A DNA stretch of 64,000 nt from an uncultured virus (IMG/VR IMGVR_UViG_3300006145_000002) (lineage: Duplodnaviria > Heunggongvirae > Uroviricota > Caudoviricetes), in IMG/VR virus record IMGVR_UViG_3300006145_000002, one strand, 5' to 3'. Made by a program: the position numbers and the translations under genes. Under the pieces are notes generated by a model. The model saw only the letters and a list, made by a program, of their open reading frames with translations, did no database searches and was not told the origin of the DNA. Below, one piece after another: positions 56,738 through 64,000 of the stretch; position 1 is the first letter of the stretch, and the number at the start of each line of letters is the position of its first letter.

Positions 56738-57868
56738 ATGAATAGACTTAATGTACAGTGGACGGCAAAGACTCTGGTAAATCAGATGAAGCGTGGAAAC
56801 GTCAATTTTGACAATGCGGTGCAGCGTGGCCTTGTGTGGGACGTGGAAAAGAAGTCTCTTCTCATTCACAGTATGGTTTATGGTTATGCGATCCCCGCTA
56901 TGTATTTCACACGTGATGAAAACAAGGTGTATGACAGTCTGGACGGAAAACAGCGGAGCAATGCAATCTGTGAGTTTATGAATGATGAATTTGCCCTTGT
57001 TACCGATACGCCTCCCGTGTATGACGATGACGGAAACATGGAAGATATTAGCGACATGACATTTAGCCAGTTGCCTGAATGGGTACAGGATCGGATCAAT
57101 GAGTATTCTCTTACGATTTACTATTATGAGGATATGACAGAGCAGGAGATCAGGGAGTTCTTCAGGCGGTTGAACAATGGCAAGCCCTTGACGGCGGTTG
57201 AGTTGACCAGAGTAAATACGCCTTGTCTGATGGTGTTTCAGCAGCTTGCAGAGCATGACGCTATCCAGAATGTTGTCACGGCGGCTGGCAAGCGGCGGTT
57301 TACCGATGAAAACATTGCTATGCAGCTTTATCATATGGCAACCGTGGAAAACCCGGACTTCTCCACAAAGTCTTTCCGTGAATGGGCAAAGTCTGTCGAG
57401 ACTGACAATGAGATTATCGGAAAAATCCAGTCTGGCCTTGATGCCTACTGCGAGTTCTTTACAGGGCTTGATCCCGCCGCTGATAAGAAAATCCTTCGGA
57501 CGATTAAGACACGGACGCACTTTGTTAGCTGTGCTTACTATTGCTATCTGGCAGTACAGGAAGAGACTACACAGGACGAGATCAACCAGACGTTGCGGAC
57601 GTTCTTTAGCGGCAATCCTTCCACCTCTGAAGATTATAACAAGACTGTCGGTAGCGGCAGCGCAAAGCCCGGAGCGGTTCAGACACGGCAGCGGATCATG
57701 CAGGAGTTGGCTGGTGTAGAGGTACAGAAAGATACTGATGTAACGGAAGAAAAGATTGAGGACGCACAAGATCAGCAGGATCAGGAGCCGTTGCAGGAGT
57801 CCGAAGTGGAAAATCATGGTGAAGCTGGTGAGCAGCTTACCATTGAGGACGGAGAAAAGCAGGAATAA
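56738..57868 (+). CDS. DUF262 (ParB-like, GmrSD N-terminal) domain protein
   Basis: QRGLVW, DGKQR, FRRLNNGKPLT motifs; acidic tail; no HNH domain seen. Confidence 0.85.
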   Translation: MNRLNVQWTAKTLVNQMKRGNVNFDNAVQRGLVWDVEKKSLLIHSMVYGYAIPAMYFTRDENKVYDSLDGKQRSNAICEFMNDEFALVTDTPPVYDDDGNMEDISDMTFSQLPEWVQDRINEYSLTIYYYEDMTEQEIREFFRRLNNGKPLTAVELTRVNTPCLMVFQQLAEHDAIQNVVTAAGKRRFTDENIAMQLYHMATVENPDFSTKSFREWAKSVETDNEIIGKIQSGLDAYCEFFTGLDPAADKKILRTIKTRTHFVSCAYYCYLAVQEETTQDEINQTLRTFFSGNPSTSEDYNKTVGSGSAKPGAVQTRQRIMQELAGVEVQKDTDVTEEKIEDAQDQQDQEPLQESEVENHGEAGEQLTIEDGEKQE

Positions 57869-57923
57869 GTCATAGCGGAAAAGCTGTCCTATCTGGCTAT
57901 ACGGGGAGAAAGGAAAAGTCAAA

Positions 57924-58571
57924 ATGAAAATTAGGACATGGATTAAATATGAAGAAAGTTATATCCCGAAGGGGTGTAGGAAATTTCGTTATCGGGAATG
58001 TGAGGATCATGTAAATATTACATTAGCGGAAACGTCAAAGGACAATCTGCGACTGGCTTTTGAAGATAATTCCTTTCAAGGGCAAGGCAAAATTTATCTG
58101 TATAACGGAAAACTGTGGAGACTTGCAACTATCAATGATATTTGTGCTGGCGGTGAAGATGAATATGGTTATCATACTCCGCTGGAGGCCCTTGTATATT
58201 GGCGTGAGCATAGCAGTTCATATTTTAGGTTTGGTTTTGATCGTGAACGTGGGAAGAAAACCGGCAGAGCAGCGGTGATTGGAAAAGCTATAGCTGATAT
58301 GAGAGAGTATCTTTTGGTTGACGGAAACTTGTATATAAAAACCAGTGTTCCTTTTTACTGCATTACAACATTCGGTTTAGGCATGAATCATGGTGGAACT
58401 GGTTTGTTTGTTCATTACAATCGTAAATGGAGAAAGAAAGAATTTGACGCATTACACGGAAAAGAAGCTGTACAAAAAGCAACAGAGATTGCACTTCAGC
58501 GTGGAGATACAGAAAGTGTACCGCATTTTCATGAAATGATTGTGGTGCATATGCCTGAATTAGTGAGATAG
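57924..58571 (+). CDS. hypothetical protein
   Basis: 215 aa, TFGLGMNHGGTGL motif. Confidence 0.7.
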   Translation: MKIRTWIKYEESYIPKGCRKFRYRECEDHVNITLAETSKDNLRLAFEDNSFQGQGKIYLYNGKLWRLATINDICAGGEDEYGYHTPLEALVYWREHSSSYFRFGFDRERGKKTGRAAVIGKAIADMREYLLVDGNLYIKTSVPFYCITTFGLGMNHGGTGLFVHYNRKWRKKEFDALHGKEAVQKATEIALQRGDTESVPHFHEMIVVHMPELVR

Positions 58572-58580
58572 GAGAACGTC

Positions 58581-58919
58581 ATGGAGCGGAAAAAGCGGTA
58601 TCAGGTAAGACACAGTAAGAATGAACGGATCGGTACATTGACCAGACTTTTGAATAGTGAAGGCAATGAGATTAGAACTGGCGATTATATCAAATTAAGG
58701 GGAACAAATTATGATGGTATTGTTCTTTGGCATAGAGAAGTGAAGTGCTTTGGAATTTTCTTTGGCTTGTGGTACTTAGACAGAAATCCTTATAATGCAG
58801 ATTGTTATGAGAAATTTATTGCAATCAACAGCGATCAGGGTATGAGAATGGATTTGATACCGATAGATCAAAGTGAAGCCGTATATGATAACATTAATAT
58901 TGAAAGGTGGAAAAATTAA
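58581..58919 (+). CDS. hypothetical protein
   Basis: 112 aa, SD AGGAG. Confidence 0.6.
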   Translation: MERKKRYQVRHSKNERIGTLTRLLNSEGNEIRTGDYIKLRGTNYDGIVLWHREVKCFGIFFGLWYLDRNPYNADCYEKFIAINSDQGMRMDLIPIDQSEAVYDNINIERWKN

Positions 58920-59119
58920 TGAAAAATATTGCTATGTTACCAGTACGTTGTATTTCAATTCGTGAATCAAATCCAACGCAAATTACAGTTGGACATGGAT
59001 ATGTGGTTGATCGTTTATCAATTTGGATGGATGCAGATGGAGATGCTTATGGTGTTGTCTATGATTGTAAAGGAAATCGTCTTGGAAATATGCTATTGAA
59101 ACATTTTAACTGCTTATGA
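58907..59119 (+). CDS. hypothetical protein
   Basis: Co-oriented short ORF. Confidence 0.5.
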   Translation: MEKLMKNIAMLPVRCISIRESNPTQITVGHGYVVDRLSIWMDADGDAYGVVYDCKGNRLGNMLLKHFNCL

Positions 59120-59120
59120 G

Positions 59121-59354
59121 GTGATTCAAATGGAAAAGACAATCTTTGGTGATAGACCTAATAACCCAGCAGCTTATTGTAAACTTCATTGTGGATCATT
59201 GACGGTAAAGGAAATGAAGCGTAAGGGCTGTCTTGGAAAACAATGCAGACATTTACAAAAGAATGAGCAGCATGAATATTGGCGGCAAAGAGAATTGGCA
59301 AAGGCCAGAAAGAAAAGTGTTAGTGGTTTAGAAATAAGTGATTACTTGTCTTGA
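59121..59354 (+). CDS. Cys/His-rich hypothetical protein
   Basis: YCKLH...CLGKQCRH. Confidence 0.6.
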   Translation: MIQMEKTIFGDRPNNPAAYCKLHCGSLTVKEMKRKGCLGKQCRHLQKNEQHEYWRQRELAKARKKSVSGLEISDYLS

Positions 59355-59379
59355 AAAATTGATTTAGACAACGTATAAT
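59351..59379 (+). promoter_or_regulatory. sigma-A promoter
   Basis: TTGAAA-17-TATAAT. Confidence 0.6.
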
Positions 59380-59539
59380 AGCAAAATAAACACAAAAGCA
59401 AAATGATATATGGGGGGGCAAAAATGAAACGGTGTTTTTATCTTACTTGCGAAGGGATGAAACAGGGGTATCTTGTTTCAAAAGATAATAATTTTAGCGT
59501 AGTTGTTGATCTGGATGGTAATGAACTCATATTAAAAAA

Positions 59540-59746
59540 TTGGAAGGTTATGGAGGTGCAATTTTAATAATGTATGAAGTATGTGGATACTATGTTAGTA
59601 GTGTATTGAGGAAAACCTTTAATACAATTTCAAGTGCGCTGAACTATGCGTCAGAATTATGCAATGATGGAAAATCTATTAGCGTGGAAATAAAAGACAC
59701 GCAGAAAAATGAGATGTTATATGAATTTATTCCAGATCGAAAATAA
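59540..59746 (+). CDS. hypothetical protein
   Basis: Short ORF with SD GGAGGTG; true start probably ATG 59570. Confidence 0.45.
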   Translation: MEGYGGAILIMYEVCGYYVSSVLRKTFNTISSALNYASELCNDGKSISVEIKDTQKNEMLYEFIPDRK

Positions 59747-59760
59747 TAATAAATTTTTAT

Positions 59761-60105
59761 ATGTTATATAGGAGGTTTGCGATGACTTATAGTGATTTAT
59801 TAAAAGAAACCGCTATTAAAAAGCGTAAAGCTATTGCAGAAATTAATACAGCATTAAAGGGGCCGTGTGGTTTTTTGATTGAGGAAGAGATTAAGAAAGA
59901 CCCCGGAAAAGTTGCTTGGAGTTATCTTGCTAAAGAGTTTTGTGAAAAACTTGCAGAACACGTAGATGAATTTATTGAGCAAGCAGGTGGAGTAGATACA
60001 ATGGAGGCACGTGAAATCGGAGAGATTTATATGGCCTATGAAGATGGAGATTCGGATATTTATAATTATTTACCAATAGAAGCACAGTTATTTGAAAAAG
60101 AATAA
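59761..60105 (+). CDS. hypothetical protein
   Basis: SD AGGAGG before the internal ATG at 59782. Confidence 0.6.
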   Translation: MLYRRFAMTYSDLLKETAIKKRKAIAEINTALKGPCGFLIEEEIKKDPGKVAWSYLAKEFCEKLAEHVDEFIEQAGGVDTMEAREIGEIYMAYEDGDSDIYNYLPIEAQLFEKE

Positions 60106-60139
60106 GATAACAGGCTATATGCCAGAAAGGAAAAGTAAC

Positions 60140-60442
60140 ATGAATAATGAAATCTTTTATGTATTGGTTGACGATCATATTGTTACTCGGCAGGAAGTGG
60201 AAATGGCGTTTTATGTGACGCATGGGTATCATAATACGCATAAGCATGAGCAGGAATTTTTGAGGTGGTTGTATTCCTTGCTTGGGAAAACTATTAAACA
60301 GGCGATCTTGGAATATGATATGCAAGTGGAAAAACTGGCACAGTGCCGTCCGATTCTTGCTATGAAGCTGTATCGTGAACGTTATGGTGGTACTTTGGCT
60401 GATGCGAGAGATTATGTGGAAAATCTTCAGAATAAGTCTTGA
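60140..60442 (+). CDS. protein with ribosomal L7/L12 C-terminal-like domain
   Basis: PILAMKLYRERYGGTLADARDYVE. Confidence 0.55.
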   Translation: MNNEIFYVLVDDHIVTRQEVEMAFYVTHGYHNTHKHEQEFLRWLYSLLGKTIKQAILEYDMQVEKLAQCRPILAMKLYRERYGGTLADARDYVENLQNKS

Positions 60443-60467
60443 CAATAACGGTATAATCAATTATAAT
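60439..60467 (+). promoter_or_regulatory. consensus sigma-A promoter
   Basis: TTGACA-17-TATAAT; the spacer is the 17-bp motif. Confidence 0.85.
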
Positions 60468-60469
60468 TA

Positions 60470-60676
60470 ATGAGCGATGTAAAAATGAAAAATAATGTTT
60501 TGATTATTAACTATTCGGCAATCATCACTTACCGCAACGGCGAAAATCGTGGATATACAATTCAGGCAGGGAGCCAGAAAGAAGCATTTGAAAAACTGAT
60601 GAATCATGTAAATTTCAATTTGGTGCGGAAAGTTGAAATTGCTGAGATCATCGTGGATGAGGATATGATTAAATAA
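60470..60676 (+). CDS. hypothetical protein
   Basis: ORF directly after the promoter. Confidence 0.5.
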   Translation: MSDVKMKNNVLIINYSAIITYRNGENRGYTIQAGSQKEAFEKLMNHVNFNLVRKVEIAEIIVDEDMIK

Positions 60677-60690
60677 GGGAGGATTCAATA

Positions 60691-61134
60691 ATGAACGGAA
60701 TTGTTATAACCGAAAAGAATTTTAATAGCGTGGCAGCAAGAATGGTTAAATTCTTTAATGGTGCAGATATTATTCAATGGCATTCTTTTGATTGCGGTAT
60801 GAAGCGGCATATTCCTACTGATTTTATTTCTAATTCTGAAATCGAAAGAGGAAAACATATCAGATGTGTATATCGTTATCCGTGTGTCTCTGCTAAAGTT
60901 GGTGAGTCTGCTGGAAGGAAATACATTGCGATTCGTCTTAATAATGATTGCGGTTGGTGTTATGAAATCGGTGATGTAGTTAAATTTTGTGGAAATCGAA
61001 TTCAAACACGTACTAAATTTATCGGTAGCGGCTTTGAATGGTGTTATGACACATATCAGCTTTGGGATGAAAACGGAGGCTTTAAGGATATTCAGCCCGA
61101 ATATGAATGGCCTATTGATGATTGGGACTATTGA
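60691..61134 (+). CDS. hypothetical protein
   Basis: SD GGAGG. Confidence 0.65.
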   Translation: MNGIVITEKNFNSVAARMVKFFNGADIIQWHSFDCGMKRHIPTDFISNSEIERGKHIRCVYRYPCVSAKVGESAGRKYIAIRLNNDCGWCYEIGDVVKFCGNRIQTRTKFIGSGFEWCYDTYQLWDENGGFKDIQPEYEWPIDDWDY

Positions 61135-61153
61135 TCGGAGGTAGTGAAAAACT

Positions 61154-61498
61154 GTGGACAATATTGTAGAAGTTAGATTCTTCCAGTGTACGTGCAGCAG
61201 ATGTAAGCAAGTTGTTAAGAATAAACGTGGCTGGGCTGATTTGCAGGATAACGGATGGAAATGGATTGGAAAAATGCTATTATGTCCAGAGTGTTATGCT
61301 CCATATGAAAATCTTAATCCCCAAATAGGCGATACCGTTCGTTGTTTGGTAAAAAGAGATTCATATAGACAGGTACAATACATGGAAACATATCAAGTTT
61401 GTGAGCGTATTGAGAATGAACCCGGAGCAGTTTATGTAGACCTTCGGGATGGATGGCAAGCAAGATTGGATCGTGGCGAATATGAAATTGTTAAATAA
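61154..61498 (+). CDS. Zn-ribbon hypothetical protein
   Basis: CSRC...GW...CPEC. Confidence 0.6.
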   Translation: MDNIVEVRFFQCTCSRCKQVVKNKRGWADLQDNGWKWIGKMLLCPECYAPYENLNPQIGDTVRCLVKRDSYRQVQYMETYQVCERIENEPGAVYVDLRDGWQARLDRGEYEIVK

Positions 61499-61509
61499 GG
61501 AGTATTATT

Positions 61510-61899
61510 ATGGACGATTTGACACTTGGAATTATTGATGCTGTTAAGCGTGGCAAGAAGTCTGGTAAAGAATCTATTATTGATTTTCTTTCAGAATACA
61601 CAGGAACGCCGAAAGAGCATTATTCTGATAGCAAACTTATACAGATCATTCGCAATGCGTTTATAGATTATTTAAAAACAGCGGATAATCCAGCGTTTGA
61701 TGTATGGCAATACTTTGATGCAAAGCGGCAGCAGGAAAACTTCAAAGATGTTTTTCCAGCGCAGCATAAAAAGTATGTGGAACGTGATAATTGTATGGAC
61801 ATTGATACAGAGGCAATTCTTTCTGCATTCCGCTTGGCCTGTGTTCAGAAAGACGGCAAATATGTGAATGGATTTAGAGATTGGAAGGAGCAGAAGTAA
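61510..61899 (+). CDS. hypothetical protein
   Basis: SD AAGGAG. Confidence 0.65.
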   Translation: MDDLTLGIIDAVKRGKKSGKESIIDFLSEYTGTPKEHYSDSKLIQIIRNAFIDYLKTADNPAFDVWQYFDAKRQQENFKDVFPAQHKKYVERDNCMDIDTEAILSAFRLACVQKDGKYVNGFRDWKEQK

Positions 61900-62087
61900 T
61901 GAAAAGGTTAGGTAAGTTTACTGGAAAAATATATGATGATGACTATGATTTTTCTAAATGTCTGGAATGCTGTGTTTGTATTTCTCCAGAACAGGCTAAT
62001 GATGAAAAATATATCGCAGAGCGTCATGCGAAAGATTTGCTTGATTGTTTAAAGTGTATGGGTTGTCCAGCAGCTACAATGTATTGA
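61881..62087 (+). CDS. Cys-rich hypothetical protein
   Basis: Likely start ATG 61899 (TAATG overlap). Confidence 0.5.
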   Translation: MEGAEVMKRLGKFTGKIYDDDYDFSKCLECCVCISPEQANDEKYIAERHAKDLLDCLKCMGCPAATMY

Positions 62088-62088
62088 T

Positions 62089-62325
62089 ATGAAAGGAGCA
62101 AGTAAAATGAATTATGTATATAAGATCGCTTATTTAGCTAAAGATGGAGGCACGTTCCACGGATTGCCTTATCTTCATGATGAAGCATTTTCAGATATTG
62201 ATAATGCAAGAAAAACGCAAAAGGAATTAAAAGAAGCTGGTTTCAAAGGTGTAGAAATTTTTAAAGTTCCAGATGTTCCAGATGAAATCACATGGGGTTA
62301 TGTTGAGGCCAATAAAGTTGAATAA
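62089..62325 (+). CDS. hypothetical protein
   Basis: SD AAAGGAG before ATG 62107. Confidence 0.55.
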   Translation: MKGASKMNYVYKIAYLAKDGGTFHGLPYLHDEAFSDIDNARKTQKELKEAGFKGVEIFKVPDVPDEITWGYVEANKVE

Positions 62326-62339
62326 GCGGAGGTAATATA

Positions 62340-63362
62340 ATGGACATTATTGAAGTTTTGATTCGCCCGGAGTATCGGTTCATTCAAACAAACCCTCATC
62401 TTGGGGGGTCGATGCTGTTTGCAACATTTGGCGGTAGTCATTCATACGGTACAAACGTAGAAGGATCAGACATAGACATTCGTGGATGTGCTTTTAATTC
62501 CAAGACTGATTTGCTTGGTAGAACAAATTTTGAACAAGTGATTGATAATGCTACAGATACTACAATCTATTCGTTCAATAAGCTGATTGGTCTACTGGAA
62601 AACTGCAATCCAAACACAATCGAAATGCTTGGCTGTAGGCCAGAGTCTTATATGTTCTATCATCCTATTGGAAAAATGATGGTAGATCAGCGAAAGATGT
62701 TTCTGTCGCAAAAGGCAGTTGGTTCTTTTGGCGGTTATGCTACACAGCAGTTGCGGCGGCTGCAAGCTGCTCTGGCACGTGATCGGTATGACCAGAGTGA
62801 AAAGGAAAAGCAAATTCTGTCTTCGTGCAAATCTTCTATGACTACGTTTAATGACCGCTATAAAGAGTTTGAGGAAGGTGCAATCAATCTTTACATAGGC
62901 GATTCTGAACGTGATGATTTGGACACGGAAATCTTTGTGGATGTTTCGCTTCAGCATTATCCGTTGCGTGACTATAAGAACATCTGGAGCGATTTGAATA
63001 CAGTTGTAAAAGAGTATGGAAAGATTACACAGCGGAACAAGAAAAAAGATGATGCGCACCTGAACAAACACGCTATGCACCTGATCCGTTTGTATCTTAT
63101 GTGTATCGACATTCTTGAAACTGGTGACATTGTAACCTATCGGAAAAATGATCTACCTTTGCTGATGGCTATTCGGAATGGTGAGTATCAGAAAGAAGAT
63201 GGAACATTCCGACAGGAGTTTTATGATATGTTGGACGTATATGAGCAGCGGATGCAGTATGCAAAGAAGAACACCGATCTGCCTCCGAAGCCTGACTATA
63301 AGAAGATCGAAGAATTTGTGATAATGGCAAATTTGGAGGCCATTCAGATTACAGGAGGATAA
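62340..63362 (+). CDS. pol-beta superfamily nucleotidyltransferase (RlaP/YcgL-like)
   Basis: GGSHSYGT...SDIDIRG, NPNTIEML, KHAMHLIRL, IRNG, LPPKPD. Confidence 0.85.
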   Translation: MDIIEVLIRPEYRFIQTNPHLGGSMLFATFGGSHSYGTNVEGSDIDIRGCAFNSKTDLLGRTNFEQVIDNATDTTIYSFNKLIGLLENCNPNTIEMLGCRPESYMFYHPIGKMMVDQRKMFLSQKAVGSFGGYATQQLRRLQAALARDRYDQSEKEKQILSSCKSSMTTFNDRYKEFEEGAINLYIGDSERDDLDTEIFVDVSLQHYPLRDYKNIWSDLNTVVKEYGKITQRNKKKDDAHLNKHAMHLIRLYLMCIDILETGDIVTYRKNDLPLLMAIRNGEYQKEDGTFRQEFYDMLDVYEQRMQYAKKNTDLPPKPDYKKIEEFVIMANLEAIQITGG

Positions 63363-63512
63363 TTATATGCGATGGCTTGGCAACTTTGTTGGTGAAGAAC
63401 AAGTCGTAAGAAAATTTGCGTTTTTGCCGATAGCTGGAGTTTGTCGCTATTCATCAAACTTGGCTTGGTGGATCGTGGCATAATGATTGGTTTGAGGACT
63501 AAGGAGAAATAT

Positions 63513-63782
63513 ATGTTTTTGAATGTGGTAATTGGAACACCTTTAGTTGCTCCAGAGGAATTATTGGCGTTCAATCTTGATGATTGGAACAATAACGAAA
63601 AGCAGCATACTTTATTTACAGAAACAAGATATTTGCCAGCGGTACTTAAAGAAGCTGGTATAGTTTCTTCAACTAATGAAGTGCGGAAAAACAAACCAAA
63701 GTTAAATATTACGCTGGATAGGCCAGATTGTATGATGATTAAGTGGGGAAAGAAGTTTTTGTTTATTGTAGTAGGAGAATAA
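63513..63782 (+). CDS. small protein with S4-like RNA-binding motif
   Basis: LPAVLKEAGIVSSTNEVRK...WGKK resembles the TyrRS C-terminal S4 domain; SD AAGGAG. Confidence 0.55.
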   Translation: MFLNVVIGTPLVAPEELLAFNLDDWNNNEKQHTLFTETRYLPAVLKEAGIVSSTNEVRKNKPKLNITLDRPDCMMIKWGKKFLFIVVGE

Positions 63783-63783
63783 A

Positions 63784-64000
63784 ATGAAAAATAAGGTTCG
63801 TGTAAGATATTTTAATCAAAGAGGTTCACGTTTTAATCACAGTAGTTTTAAAGAAGTTTTTCGTTATCAAATTTATAGAAATCTTACTGTTTCAAAATCA
63901 ATAAATGGCGTATGTTGGTGGTTTCATTCAGAAAATAAATGGTTTAATTGGAATGATGCTATTAAATTAGGATTGTTAGATAAAAATGGTCGAAGTTGTT
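63784..64000 (+). CDS. hypothetical protein (partial)
   Basis: SD AGGAG; frame open to the window end. Confidence 0.5.
   Translation, partial: MKNKVRVRYFNQRGSRFNHSSFKEVFRYQIYRNLTVSKSINGVCWWFHSENKWFNWNDAIKLGLLDKNGRSC

Noticed and set aside
43055..57868. A complete phosphorothioate (Dnd/Ssp) system from IscS plus DUF262
   Set aside because: The genes are over 12 kb apart on opposite strands and no DndC/D/E or SspB/C/D homologue is visible.
56705..57922. 405-aa minus-strand ORF
   Set aside because: Antisense shadow of the DUF262 gene; no SD or recognisable motifs.
1..64000. CRISPR array, diversity-generating retroelement, stop-codon reassignment, intron or intein in terminase/RNAP/helicase
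   Set aside because: No regular repeat-spacer array, no reverse transcriptase, genes intact in the standard code with no suppressor tRNA, and the core genes are continuous and of normal length.

Overview
64 kb of a large temperate-type siphovirus of a Firmicutes (probably Clostridia) host. Gene order follows Bacillus phage SPbeta: YonO-like RNA polymerase, HU, phosphoesterase, terminase, portal, protease/scaffold, capsid. The left 48.8 kb is on the minus strand. In transcription order it carries a tyrosine recombinase, a putative replication gene, UvrD helicase, IscS-type cysteine desulfurase, NUMOD4-HNH nuclease, a macrodomain, the single-subunit RNAP, ClpP, PhoH, HU, a tRNA island (8 intact tRNAs, 2 defective ones, several unexplained structured RNAs, a methyltransferase and a PD-(D/E)XK nuclease), then head and tail genes. 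Transcription switches strand at about 49 kb. The right 14 kb is a plus-strand early/accessory region of short ORFs with a 1180-bp tandem duplication, DUF262, MucR-like and RlaP-like nucleotidyltransferase genes. Most notable unannotated signals: (1) a 17-bp asymmetric motif ATAAC-N7-TCAAT found 14 times, co-oriented with transcription and sitting exactly in sigma-A promoter spacers; (2) non-tRNA structured RNAs and tRNAs with atypical anticodon arms; (3) a -1 frameshift with a downstream stem/pseudoknot extending the major tail protein; (4) a strand-biased GCGGAAAA cluster whose longer form bounds the duplication; (5) two repeated RNA leader motifs in the early region. All calls are from reading motifs by eye; no database searches were run.
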